Source: a bacterium
Lineage (GTDB): Bacteria; Chloroflexota; Dormibacteria; Dormibacterales; Dormibacteraceae
Assembly (NCBI GenBank): GCA_004299235.1
Contig: SCQL01000026.1
Coordinates: 26,240-90,239, forward strand
DNA length: 64,000 bases
Direction: 5' to 3'
Numbering within the stretch: position 1 is the stretch's first letter; each line of letters begins with the position of its first letter. Below, in pieces: positions 30,991 through 39,988 of this stretch. The position numbers and the translations under genes are program-made. Below the pieces are notes generated by a model that worked only from the letters and a program-made list of their open reading frames with translations, was not told the origin of the DNA and ran no database searches.

Positions 30991-31641
30991 TCAATTGTGG
31001 GCTGTTCTTGGCCTGTCCAGCCAGACGGTTCCGGCCAGCAGCGCGATCGCCCCGAGCAGCAGCCCGCCGATGACGTCGGATTCCCAGTGCACGTCGAGGT
31101 ACAGGCGGTCGAAGGCGACCAGGACGATGATGGCGATCGCGACCGGGATGGCGAGGGCGCGAGCAGCCGGCGATGGAGCCAGCCGCCTGACGGCGAACGC
31201 GAGCAACCCGTACGCGACGACGGTGCGCACCATGTGCCCGCTCGGAAAGCTGTTCCCCAGGCCGGAGCCGAGCAGCAGGTCGGTGACGCTGGGACCATCG
31301 CTGTGCGACAGCGATCGCGGGGGCCCCGGATGGTGCAGGTAGTACTTGTACAGCAGCTCCAGCACCTGGACGGCGATGAACGCGACGACCACCCACGCGT
31401 CGGCCCCGAACCCGCCGCGGAGCAGGTACACGACGAGGGCGAGCATCAGGACCGAGGTGAGCTCGAGGCCGCCGAGCTCGGCGATCGCCTCGAACAGCGT
31501 GTGGAGCGAGTCGAGCCAGGCGCCGTGCATCGCCTGCGCGACCTGCTGATCAAGGGTGGTGAACATGCCCGCCGCGATCGCCATCGTCAGCCCGACGAAA
31601 GCCACCGCGAGGACGGCGATTCCAACCAGGCGAGGGATCAA
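30991..31641 (-). CDS. PAP2-family phosphatase (lipid phosphate/undecaprenyl-PP phosphatase-like)
   Basis: PAP2 motifs KYYLHHPGPPR, PSGH, DRLYLDVHWESDV. TTG 31641 shares TTGA with the mutM stop. Confidence 0.8.
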   Translation of the reverse strand: MIPRLVGIAVLAVAFVGLTMAIAAGMFTTLDQQVAQAMHGAWLDSLHTLFEAIAELGGLELTSVLMLALVVYLLRGGFGADAWVVVAFIAVQVLELLYKYYLHHPGPPRSLSHSDGPSVTDLLLGSGLGNSFPSGHMVRTVVAYGLLAFAVRRLAPSPAARALAIPVAIAIIVLVAFDRLYLDVHWESDVIGGLLLGAIALLAGTVWLDRPRTAHN

Positions 31642-32462
31642 TGCTGGCAACGACGGCAGAAGACCGTGCTGCGGCCGGCGATGCGAATCATCGAGAGCGG
31701 CCGCCCGCACGTGAAGCAAGGTTCGCCCGCCCGGCCGTAGACCAGAAGCCTCTCCTGCTGGCCCCCGATCTCACCCCACGCATCGCGGTACGTGCCGACG
31801 GAGCTGCCGCGATTTTCGATCGCGGCCTGCAGCGACTCGCGCAGCGCGTGGTGCAACCGCCCCACCGACCTGCGGCTGAGGCTGCCGGCCAAGCGGTCAG
31901 GGCGCAGGTGCGCTCGGTAGAGCGACTCGTCGGCGTAGATGTTGCCGACGCCCGCGACCGTTCTCTGGTCGAGCAGCACCGCCTTCAGCGGAGCACGACG
32001 GCGGCGAAAGCGCGCGTACAGGTCGTCGGCTCCGAAAGTTGGATCGATCGGTTCCGGACCCAGGCGCGGCAGGGCCCTGGACGCGATGAGCGCCGCCTCG
32101 GTCCCGAGCAGGATCCGGCCGAAGCGGCGGGGGTCGCGGTAGCGCAGATGCCGGCCGTCATCGAGGACGAAGACCGCATGCGTGTGCTTGGCCGGCGGAA
32201 TGCCCGCATCGACCAGCCGCAGCTGGCCGCTCATGCCCAGGTGCACGACGAGAAGGCAATCGCCCTCGAGCCGGATGAGGATGTACTTGCCGCGGCGGCC
32301 GACCTGCACGATGCCCATGCCCGCGACCGAATCGATGAAGGCCTCTGATTCGGGGTGCCGGACGATGGCCGGGAAGCCAAGCTCGCACCGCACGATGGTG
32401 CGGCCGGCCAGGTGCGGGCGCAGGTCGGCGACGATCGTCTCGACCTCAGGCAGCTCCGGCAT
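31638..32462 (-). CDS. mutM: formamidopyrimidine-DNA glycosylase
   Basis: MPELPEVETI..., H2TH, C-terminal zinc finger CFTCGRPL...CRRCQ. Confidence 0.95.
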   Translation of the reverse strand: MPELPEVETIVADLRPHLAGRTIVRCELGFPAIVRHPESEAFIDSVAGMGIVQVGRRGKYILIRLEGDCLLVVHLGMSGQLRLVDAGIPPAKHTHAVFVLDDGRHLRYRDPRRFGRILLGTEAALIASRALPRLGPEPIDPTFGADDLYARFRRRRAPLKAVLLDQRTVAGVGNIYADESLYRAHLRPDRLAGSLSRRSVGRLHHALRESLQAAIENRGSSVGTYRDAWGEIGGQQERLLVYGRAGEPCFTCGRPLSMIRIAGRSTVFCRRCQH

Positions 32463-35149
32463 CAGGCGCGGACGACCGCGAGCTTATGCATGTCCGCCCA
32501 GTTGGGCCCGACCTTGGCCTCGACCTCGATGCCGGTCTCGAGCTCGTATGCCCCGGTCATGATTCGCGGCACGGTCTCGGCAAACCGGTCCAGCTCGGTC
32601 TTCGGGACCTCGAACAGCAGCTCGTCATGGACCTGCAGCAGCATGCGACCTTCGATGTGATCCGCCTCGAGCTCGCGCTGCAGCCTGACCATCGCGATCT
32701 TGATGATGTCCGCCGCCAGCGACTGCATCGGAAAGTTGATCGCCATGCGCTCGGCGGCGCTGCGCAGCTGGAAGTTCGGCGAGCGCAGGTCGGGGATCGC
32801 CCGGCGCCTGCCGGTGGCGCTGACGACGAACCCCTCCTCGCGCGCCTTCTTGCGCACCTCGTCCAGGTATTCCTTGAGCCGTGAGTAGGTCGACCAGTAC
32901 TGCCCGAGGAACTCGCGCGCGACGTCGCCGGTGATGCCCAGCTGCTGAGACAGGCCGTACTCGCCCTGGCCGTAGATCGACCCGAAATTGGCGACCTTCG
33001 CGAGCCGCCGCTGGTTCGGATCGACGGCCTCGATCGGGACCCTGAAAACCGCGGCCGCGGTCGCGGTGTGGATGTCCTGCCCGGCGGCAAAGGCTTCGAG
33101 CAGCTTGGGGTCGCCGCTCAGGTGCGCGGCAATGCGGAGCTCGATCTGCGAGTAGTCCGCCGAGACCATCACGTGGTCCGGCCTGGCCGCCTTGAACGCG
33201 CGCCGGATGCGCTGGCCCAGCTCGGTCCGGATGGGGATGTTCATCAGGTTGGGGTTGGAAGACGCCAGGCGCCCGGTGGCGGTGCTCGCCTGGCCGAACG
33301 ACGTGTGGACGCGCCCGCTCAACGGATCGACCAGCTGCGGCAGTGCGTCGACGTAGGTCGACTTGAGCTTGGACAGCTGGCGATGCTCGAGGATCAAGCC
33401 GACGATCGGATGCTTGTCGCGCAGCGTCTCGAGCGTGTCCGCATCAGTCGAGTAGCCGGTCTTCGTCCGCTTGCCGACAGGCAGTCGGAGATCCTCGAAC
33501 AGCACCTTGGCCAGCTGCTGCGGCGCGTTGAGGTTGAACTTCTGGCCCGCGACCTGTTCGACCTCGGACTCGATGGCGGTCAGCTGTGCCCCGAGCTCAT
33601 CCTGCATCTGCTTGAGGTACGGGACGTCGATGGCGACGCCCTCCGATTCCATGTCCGCGAGCACGCCGGCGAGAGGCAGCTCGATCTCGTGAAATAGGTA
33701 ATCGACGCCAAGGTTTCGCATCTCCGCTTCGAGCCGCGGCCGAAGGTTGAGGATGGCTTCGGCGCGCCGGGCGGCGAACTCCGCCGCCTCCGGCGCCTCG
33801 ACGGCGGCGGGCTTGCGCGCGCTGCGACCGGTGCCCAACAGCTGCTCGGTGCCGACGAGCTGGACGTCGAGGAACTCACGCGCCAGGTCCTCCAGCCGCG
33901 GGTCTCGCGAACCGGCGCCGAGCAGGTACGCGGCGAGATAGGTGCTGAACGCCCACTCCCTTTTGCCGCCACCGAGCGACCGCAGCGCAAGCTCGGTCTC
34001 CTTGGCGTCGTGACCGAGGACCGGGCGGCCGGACAGAATGCTGGCCACCGCGTCCATCGCATCCGCCTTGGCGACATAGAACGTGTCCTTGCCGGTCGCG
34101 ACGCCCAGACCGCAGACGCGGGCGCCGCGACCCGCGCCCTCATTGAAGGTGAAGACGCCCACGTCGGTCACACCATCCAGCAGGCTCGCTGCCTCCGTCG
34201 CATCGTCGACGACTCTCAGGCCGGCCGGCCGCGGCGCGGCCCCGAACGTGAGGCTGGGCTGCACGGGAACCTGGTCGGGGGGCGGGAAGCGGCTCAGCAG
34301 CTGCCGGAACTCGAGGCGGTCGAAGACGAGCCGGGCCTTCTCGTAGTCGTACCGCGTCCAGCGAGCCTGCTCGAGCTCGAGCTCGACCGGGACGTCGCGG
34401 ACGATCGTGACCATCCGCTTGCCGAGCCGCATCTGATCAGCGTTCGCCCTCAGCGAGGTCTTCAATCGCCCTTCCGGCAGCTCATCTAGCCGCTCGAGAA
34501 GGGCTTCGATCGAACCGTATTCCCCGACCAGCTTCGCGGCCGTCTTGTCGCCGACGCCGGGGACGCCCGGGATGTTGTCGGAGGTGTCGCCACGAAGGGC
34601 CTTGAAATCGATCAGCTGCGCCGGCTCGAAGCCGTATCGCTGACGCACCTGGTCGGGCCCGTAGACGAATGTGTCGGTGATGCCGCGGCGCGGCACCAGG
34701 GCCTCCACCGACTCCGACACCAGCTGGAGGCAATCGAGGTCCCCCGACACGATCGTGACCGCATGGCCCCTCTCCTCTGCGATCCGCGCGAGCGTGCCGA
34801 TGACATCGTCGGCCTCGAAGCCTTCAAGCCCATAGATGGGAATCGAGAACGACTGCAGGACGTCGCGCACCTTCTCGATCTGCGGCCGGAGGTCGTCGGG
34901 CATCGCCCGTCTTCCCGCCTTGTACTCCTGGTATTCCTTGGACCGGAACGTCGGAGCGCCCAGGTCGAAAGCGGCGACCGCGTACTCCGGGCGTGACGCC
35001 AGGACGATGGCCAGCATCGAGGTGAAGCCGTAGACGGCGTTGGTCACCTGGCCGTCCGAGGTGCTCATCGGAGGCAGGGCGAAAAAGGCCCGGTAGATGA
35101 GGCTGTGTGCGTCGATCAGAACCAGCCGTCCTCGCCGCCCCTTCGCCAC
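32462..35149 (-). CDS. polA: DNA polymerase I
   Basis: 895 aa with 5'-nuclease domain, 3'-5' exo-like domain and family A polymerase motifs (DYSQIELR, QVHDEL). Confidence 0.97.
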   Translation of the reverse strand: MAKGRRGRLVLIDAHSLIYRAFFALPPMSTSDGQVTNAVYGFTSMLAIVLASRPEYAVAAFDLGAPTFRSKEYQEYKAGRRAMPDDLRPQIEKVRDVLQSFSIPIYGLEGFEADDVIGTLARIAEERGHAVTIVSGDLDCLQLVSESVEALVPRRGITDTFVYGPDQVRQRYGFEPAQLIDFKALRGDTSDNIPGVPGVGDKTAAKLVGEYGSIEALLERLDELPEGRLKTSLRANADQMRLGKRMVTIVRDVPVELELEQARWTRYDYEKARLVFDRLEFRQLLSRFPPPDQVPVQPSLTFGAAPRPAGLRVVDDATEAASLLDGVTDVGVFTFNEGAGRGARVCGLGVATGKDTFYVAKADAMDAVASILSGRPVLGHDAKETELALRSLGGGKREWAFSTYLAAYLLGAGSRDPRLEDLAREFLDVQLVGTEQLLGTGRSARKPAAVEAPEAAEFAARRAEAILNLRPRLEAEMRNLGVDYLFHEIELPLAGVLADMESEGVAIDVPYLKQMQDELGAQLTAIESEVEQVAGQKFNLNAPQQLAKVLFEDLRLPVGKRTKTGYSTDADTLETLRDKHPIVGLILEHRQLSKLKSTYVDALPQLVDPLSGRVHTSFGQASTATGRLASSNPNLMNIPIRTELGQRIRRAFKAARPDHVMVSADYSQIELRIAAHLSGDPKLLEAFAAGQDIHTATAAAVFRVPIEAVDPNQRRLAKVANFGSIYGQGEYGLSQQLGITGDVAREFLGQYWSTYSRLKEYLDEVRKKAREEGFVVSATGRRRAIPDLRSPNFQLRSAAERMAINFPMQSLAADIIKIAMVRLQRELEADHIEGRMLLQVHDELLFEVPKTELDRFAETVPRIMTGAYELETGIEVEAKVGPNWADMHKLAVVRA

Positions 35150-35233
35150 GTCCGGATTCTACTGGCGGCATGGTCCGCGGCCCGGCGGACGGCACCTTCA
35201 AACCCCCTGGGATCGCGTAGCCCGAAGGGTAGA

Positions 35234-35830
35234 ATGGGCTTGAGGATGAAAAACCTCATCGAGGTCTCGGTCGACAGCATCAGGATCCACATGCCGACCG
35301 CCCAGCACCTTGTGATCCTCAAGGAAAAAGAGGCGGATCGGTACCTACCGATCTGGATCGGCTCATTCGAGGCGCAGGCGATCGCCACCAAGATCTCCGG
35401 TAACCCGCTGGGCCGCCCTCTCACCCACGACCTGATGGCGACCGCGTTCGGCGACCTCGGCGTCAGCGTCAAGCGGATCGTGGTCACGCGCCTTGCCGAC
35501 CAGGTCTTCTACGCGCGGCTCTACGTCAAGCAGGACGGACGCGACCTCGACTTCGATGCACGGCCATCCGACGCGATCGCGCTGGCGGTGCGCGTCGAGT
35601 GCCCGATCTTCGTCGCCTCGGAGGTCATGGAGACCGCCGGCATCATCCCTGAGGCCGACGAAGCAGGAGACGACAAGGACAAGGCGGAGAGGTCCGTGGA
35701 CGACGAGCGTCTCGCCGTCTTCCGCGACTTCGTCAACAGCCTGGACCTACCGGAGCTTCCCGACGAGCCGGGCGCCAAGGACGAGCCCGGTGCGCAGGAC
35801 AAGCCCGGAGGTCGCCCCGGCCGGGGCTGA
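35234..35830 (+). CDS. bifunctional nuclease (BFN/DUF151) domain protein with acidic C-terminal tail
   Basis: HLVILKEKEADRYLPIWIGSFEAQAIA...RPLTHDLM...VVVTRLADQVFYARL...DARPSDAIALA. Start ATG 35234 or ATG 35246. Confidence 0.85.
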   Translation: MGLRMKNLIEVSVDSIRIHMPTAQHLVILKEKEADRYLPIWIGSFEAQAIATKISGNPLGRPLTHDLMATAFGDLGVSVKRIVVTRLADQVFYARLYVKQDGRDLDFDARPSDAIALAVRVECPIFVASEVMETAGIIPEADEAGDDKDKAERSVDDERLAVFRDFVNSLDLPELPDEPGAKDEPGAQDKPGGRPGRG

Positions 35831-35834
35831 GGAG

Positions 35835-36308
35835 CTGCCTCTCACCGGCGACTCCGACCTCGGATTTCGCGTCCTCGTCGCGCTGCTGCTGGGCCTGATC
35901 CTGGGCACCGAGCGAGAGATTCACGGCCATCCGGCCGGGATGCGGACGATGGCTCTCATCGGCGCCGGGTCGTGCATGTTCACGGCGCTCGGCCTGGAGC
36001 CAAGTTTCGGCGCCCGCACCGACCCTGCGCGCATCGCCGCCCAGATCGTCACCGGCGTCGGGTTCCTGGGCGCCGGCGCCATCCTGCGCCAGGGCGGCGA
36101 GGTCATCGGTCTCACCACCGCCGCGTCCATCTGGGTGGTCGCCTCTTTAGGCATGGCGGTCGGATTCGGCTATTACGGGATCGCGGTGTTCACCACGTTC
36201 CTCGTGATCGTGACCCTGGTGGCGATCAGGCCGCTCGAGCAGCGACTCTTTCGCGGCCGCAAGAACCGGCGCCGCGACGACCCGTTGCCGACCGAGACGC
36301 CGCAATAG
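35835..36308 (+). CDS. mgtC: MgtC/SapB family membrane protein
   Basis: GFRVLVALLLGLILGTEREIHGHPAGMRTMALIGAGSCMF... No ATG/GTG/TTG lies between the BFN stop and the first conserved helix; CTG 35835 is inferred. Confidence 0.75.
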   Translation: MPLTGDSDLGFRVLVALLLGLILGTEREIHGHPAGMRTMALIGAGSCMFTALGLEPSFGARTDPARIAAQIVTGVGFLGAGAILRQGGEVIGLTTAASIWVVASLGMAVGFGYYGIAVFTTFLVIVTLVAIRPLEQRLFRGRKNRRRDDPLPTETPQ

Positions 36309-36319
36309 CGCGAGTATCA

Positions 36320-37222
36320 TTGGCCGGCTTGAGCCACCGGACCGTAGCCATCGTCACGGATTCGACTGCCGACCTCCCCCCGCAGCTGGCGGCGGCCAGG
36401 TCCGTGACACTGGTCCCCCTCACGCTCAACCTTGACGGGCAAAGCCTGCTCGACGGGCTTGACATCACACCCGCGGAGTTCTACCGCCGCCTGCCGGCGG
36501 CCACATCCCATCCGACCACCTCGCAGCCGTCACCGGGCCGCTTCGCCCAGACCTACGAGACGCTGCTGGCCGACCACGACGCCGTCGTGTCGATCCACAT
36601 CTCGGAGCAGCTGAGCGGCACCTACGCATCGGCCCGGCAGGCGGCGGACATGACGGACCCGAAGCGGGTGCACGTCATCGACTCCGAGGTGGTGTCGATG
36701 TCCCTGGGCCTGGTCGCGCTGGCGGCGGCCGCGCTTGCCGCCCAGGGCCTGGACGCCGATACGATCCAGACCAGGGTCCTGGCCATGCGACAGCACGTGC
36801 AGACCTACTTCTCAGTGGCCACGCTGGAGTTCCTCCGGCGAGGCGGGCGGATCGGGCGGGCCAGCGCACTCTTGGGGTCGGTGCTGCAGGTCAAACCGGT
36901 GCTGTGCATCCGCGACGGCCTGGTGACCCCGCTCGAGCGGGTGCGCACCTTCGAGCGGGCCCTCAACCGCGTGGTCGAGCTGGTGCGCGAGGTCGATCGC
37001 GGCAGCGGCGTCTGCGTCATCGTCGGCCACGCCGACGCGGAGGCGGACGCCGAGCGCGTGGGTCGTGAGCTGGAATCGATCGCCGAGACGCTGATGATCC
37101 AACCGCTCGGCCCTGTCGTGGGCGCGCACGCGGGTCCAGGCGTGGTCGGCGTCGGCTGCTATCCGGCCGACATCCTACCGCTGGGGCTCAAGGCGATCGG
37201 CGCCGCCGGGGCTACCCGCTAG
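36320..37222 (+). CDS. DegV family fatty-acid-binding protein
   Basis: VAIVTDSTADLPP...TSQPSPGRF...HISEQLSGTY...GPGVVGV. TTG start at 36320 (or 36329). Confidence 0.85.
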   Translation: MAGLSHRTVAIVTDSTADLPPQLAAARSVTLVPLTLNLDGQSLLDGLDITPAEFYRRLPAATSHPTTSQPSPGRFAQTYETLLADHDAVVSIHISEQLSGTYASARQAADMTDPKRVHVIDSEVVSMSLGLVALAAAALAAQGLDADTIQTRVLAMRQHVQTYFSVATLEFLRRGGRIGRASALLGSVLQVKPVLCIRDGLVTPLERVRTFERALNRVVELVREVDRGSGVCVIVGHADAEADAERVGRELESIAETLMIQPLGPVVGAHAGPGVVGVGCYPADILPLGLKAIGAAGATR

Positions 37223-38241
37223 AACGCCGCCGGGCCCACGTCCCGTGCGCCATCCGACCCCAGGCTCCAGCGGACCGAGTCAGGGTTGACCGTCTTCGTC
37301 AGGCGTCCCTCGACCGCTAGCGCCTGCAGATGCGCCAGCCCCTCCTGAAGCGCAAGGCGCTTCTCGTAGAGCTGTTTCCGAGAGCCCCACAGTTCGAGCG
37401 CGACCTCCCACGCGCTCTGCTCCCCACCGGCGACGATCTCGACGATCCGGTCGAGCCGCCGCTGGTGGTGCGCGACGAGCGCTTCGACCCGACCCGGCGC
37501 ATCCGAGAACGGGCGACCGTGCGCGGGCAGCACCAGGCGCGGCCGATACGCCGCCAGCCGCCGGAGGCCTTCCAGGTACTCGTGCAGCGGATCAGGCGTG
37601 CTCTGCGGATGCAGCCCGATGTTGGGTGAGAGGTCCGGCAGCATGTGGTCGCCGGCGAAGAGCAGCCTATCGTCAGGGTCGTAAAGGCAGATATGCCCGG
37701 GCGAGTGCCCCGGCGTCCACTCGACGCGCAGGCGGCGGCGCCCCATCTCCAGCGACTCCGCGCCGTCGAGCTTGACCGAGGCTTCCGCCGTCTTCACGAG
37801 CTGGCTGAGAGCTCGCTGCGAGTTGCTCAGCACCTCTGCCTCATCCGGCGGCACTCCGTTGACGAGAAGGTACGTGCGCACCTCTTTGACGAGCTGCTCG
37901 AGCTCGACGTAGCGTGGATGCACGAGCGGGACCTCGAGGCGGTGTATGTAGAGGTCTGCCAGCCCTTCACCCGCGAACGTGCCCGCGGCGCCGTAGTGGT
38001 CGGGATGGATGTGCGTGATCACCAGGCGTCGAAGACGGTCCGCCCCTAGATGCGCCAGCGCGTGGCGGATGGCGTCCACGGATTCCTCGGAGTTCATCCC
38101 GCAGTCGAGGAGGTCGACCTCGCGGCCGTCGGTGAAAAGAAAGACGTTGACGAGGCCGTCTTCGAAGGGGATCGGCAGGCGCAGCTCGAAAACGTCCGCC
38201 GCCACCTCTGTCAGACCGTCGTGCTCAGCCAATCCCGGCAT
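37219..38241 (-). CDS. MBL-fold metallo-hydrolase
   Basis: ITHIHPDHYG (HxHxDH) and downstream His/Asp ligands. Confidence 0.85.
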   Translation of the reverse strand: MPGLAEHDGLTEVAADVFELRLPIPFEDGLVNVFLFTDGREVDLLDCGMNSEESVDAIRHALAHLGADRLRRLVITHIHPDHYGAAGTFAGEGLADLYIHRLEVPLVHPRYVELEQLVKEVRTYLLVNGVPPDEAEVLSNSQRALSQLVKTAEASVKLDGAESLEMGRRRLRVEWTPGHSPGHICLYDPDDRLLFAGDHMLPDLSPNIGLHPQSTPDPLHEYLEGLRRLAAYRPRLVLPAHGRPFSDAPGRVEALVAHHQRRLDRIVEIVAGGEQSAWEVALELWGSRKQLYEKRLALQEGLAHLQALAVEGRLTKTVNPDSVRWSLGSDGARDVGPAAF

Positions 38242-38304
38242 TGTCGCTGAGCGGGCTAAGATGGGGCGCAGTTCGGCCGCGTCGATTTGGCTCAGGAGGA
38301 GCGA

Positions 38305-38646
38305 ATGTCTGAAGTTCAGCTGTCACCGGACGAGATCGTCGAGGCGCTTCCCAAATACCTGGTGCCCGAGAAGGCCGGCAGCACCAAGGCGACCATCCAG
38401 TTCGACCTCAGCGGCGACCAGGGCGGCAAGTGGTGGGTGAAGATCCACGACGGCGCGGCCGAGTCCGGGAAGGGCGATCCCCCTGATGCTCCCAACCTCA
38501 CGCTGACGGCCGACGCGGGAGACTGGGTGAAGATCATGCTCGGCACGCTCGACGGCACAGCCGCCTTCATGCAGGGCAAGTTGAAGATCAAAGGCGACAT
38601 GGGCCTCGCCATCAAGATGCAGTCGCTGTTCAAGAGGCCCGGTTAA
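38305..38646 (+). CDS. SCP2 sterol-binding domain protein
   Basis: ...ATIQFDLSGDQGGKWWVKI...DWVKIMLGTLDGTAAFMQGKLKIKGDMGLAIKMQ. AGGAGG SD lies 5 nt before ATG 38305. Confidence 0.8.
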   Translation: MSEVQLSPDEIVEALPKYLVPEKAGSTKATIQFDLSGDQGGKWWVKIHDGAAESGKGDPPDAPNLTLTADAGDWVKIMLGTLDGTAAFMQGKLKIKGDMGLAIKMQSLFKRPG

Positions 38647-38665
38647 GGCTCGTAGCGCAGACCTC

Positions 38666-39271
38666 TCAGTAGGTGAATTGCCAGGTGTCCAGACGGCTGG
38701 ACATCTCCGCCTCGAGATCGAGGTGACCCTGGCCTGAGTGCAGATCCAGGATCACGACGTGGTGTTGCGTCAGCGCGATGCGGCGCCCGTCAGGCAGCCT
38801 GGCAGCTTCCACCGCGTTGCCCCAGGAGATCGGCTGCATGGCCGGCACTGACGTCAGGTTGGCCTGGGCCCAGGCGCTGAGGTTGGGCGCATCGCCTCGC
38901 TCGTAGGTCGAGATGATCATGAAGGCGAAGAGCCCCGCGTTGGGCGAGCAGACGGGGGCGGCCGACGCCCCGCTCGGCGGGGTTGCGCACGGGATGTCGG
39001 TGATGTCAAAGGTCAGATCGAGACTGGGGGGAGCGGGACTCTGGCTCCCCTGCGACTTTTCGACGTACTGCCAGGTTCCCGGGTAGCAGAAGCCCCAGCC
39101 CGCCTGGAAGTCCGAGAAGCCATGGTCCCCACCCGCGCACTTGAGGTCTCCGCCTATCTGCGCTACAGTCGGCACCGGCCGAACGGTTGGTCCGGGCTGG
39201 CAACCGGCGAGCGCCAGCAGGGCGACGACCCAGGCCAGTCTTCTGACTGCGGATGGCGGCGAGAGCGGCAT
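38666..39271 (-). CDS. hypothetical lipoprotein
   Basis: Signal peptide with lipobox (VVALLALAGC); several Cys; no family recognised. Confidence 0.6.
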   Translation of the reverse strand: MPLSPPSAVRRLAWVVALLALAGCQPGPTVRPVPTVAQIGGDLKCAGGDHGFSDFQAGWGFCYPGTWQYVEKSQGSQSPAPPSLDLTFDITDIPCATPPSGASAAPVCSPNAGLFAFMIISTYERGDAPNLSAWAQANLTSVPAMQPISWGNAVEAARLPDGRRIALTQHHVVILDLHSGQGHLDLEAEMSSRLDTWQFTY

Positions 39272-39381
39272 CAGGCGACTAATTGTGCGGGACTGGGTGG
39301 CAAGCCCCGGACGGGCGTAGTGTCAATCAGAATCCCAACGTCGCCTGCGGCGGTAAATCAGATTGGGATGGGGGTTTGCAA

Positions 39382-39777
39382 ATGGCAAATCGCAAGCGAC
39401 CTGAGAACGCTCCGGAAGCAAGGCTGGAGGCCGACCGGCGGCAATTGGAGCTCCTGGCCGCACAGTGCGGCGAGGATGGGGGGCTTCACCGGCCGTTGAA
39501 CGAGATCGTGGGCGGCGTCATCACCGGGATTCCCGAGGACATCGACCTGGCCCAGGCCCTGTCCGACCGGGAGACGACCGACCTCCTGGTGCATCTGCTC
39601 GACCAGAACCGCGAGCAGGTCGAGAGAGCGCTGGAGCGAGTGCGGGAAGGCGCCTACGGGATCTGCGAGAGCTGCGGCCGGAGGATCCCGGCGGCGCGTC
39701 TGCAGTTCCAGCCCGCGGCCACGCGCTGCGTCGAGTGCCAGGCCCACTGGGACCGGGCCGGCGGGCGCACCGCCTAG
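39382..39777 (+). CDS. TraR/DksA-family C4 zinc-finger protein
   Basis: C-terminal YGICESCGRRIPAARLQFQPAATRCVECQ. Start moved to ATG 39382. Confidence 0.75.
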   Translation: MANRKRPENAPEARLEADRRQLELLAAQCGEDGGLHRPLNEIVGGVITGIPEDIDLAQALSDRETTDLLVHLLDQNREQVERALERVREGAYGICESCGRRIPAARLQFQPAATRCVECQAHWDRAGGRTA

Positions 39778-39959
39778 CGCCGTCTGAGCAGGCCCGCCCC
39801 GCCCAGCGCCAGGCCGGCCACCACCATCGCACTCCCGATCCAGAACCAGTGGAGGTCACCGGTCATGAAGCTGCCGGGGATGTAGCCGAGCCCCTGGCCG
39901 GCGAAAACCGCCCCCGCCAGGAGCACCAGCAACCCAACGGCCGCGACCGCGGCTCTCAC
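39774..39959 (-). CDS. hypothetical 61-aa two-TM membrane protein
   Basis: Two hydrophobic helices and an RRR tail; 29 nt downstream of the aldehyde dehydrogenase on the same strand. Confidence 0.4.
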   Translation of the reverse strand: MRAAVAAVGLLVLLAGAVFAGQGLGYIPGSFMTGDLHWFWIGSAMVVAGLALGGAGLLRRR

Positions 39960-39988
39960 GGCACGCCAACGCTCGGCGAGGTTACCGC

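Noticed and set aside
30654-31298. 214-aa ORF suggesting a long CutA
   Set aside because: Only the last 110 aa are CutA. The upstream half overlaps the PAP2 phosphatase gene (30991-31641) out of frame.
35493-35834. Upstream extension of the MgtC frame into the BFN gene (possible BFN/MgtC frameshift fusion)
   Set aside because: The extension translates to Ser/Thr/Arg/Pro-rich sequence with no similarity to MgtC or BFN. BFN is complete in its own frame, so simple reinitiation at CTG 35835 is more parsimonious. A frameshift cannot be formally excluded.
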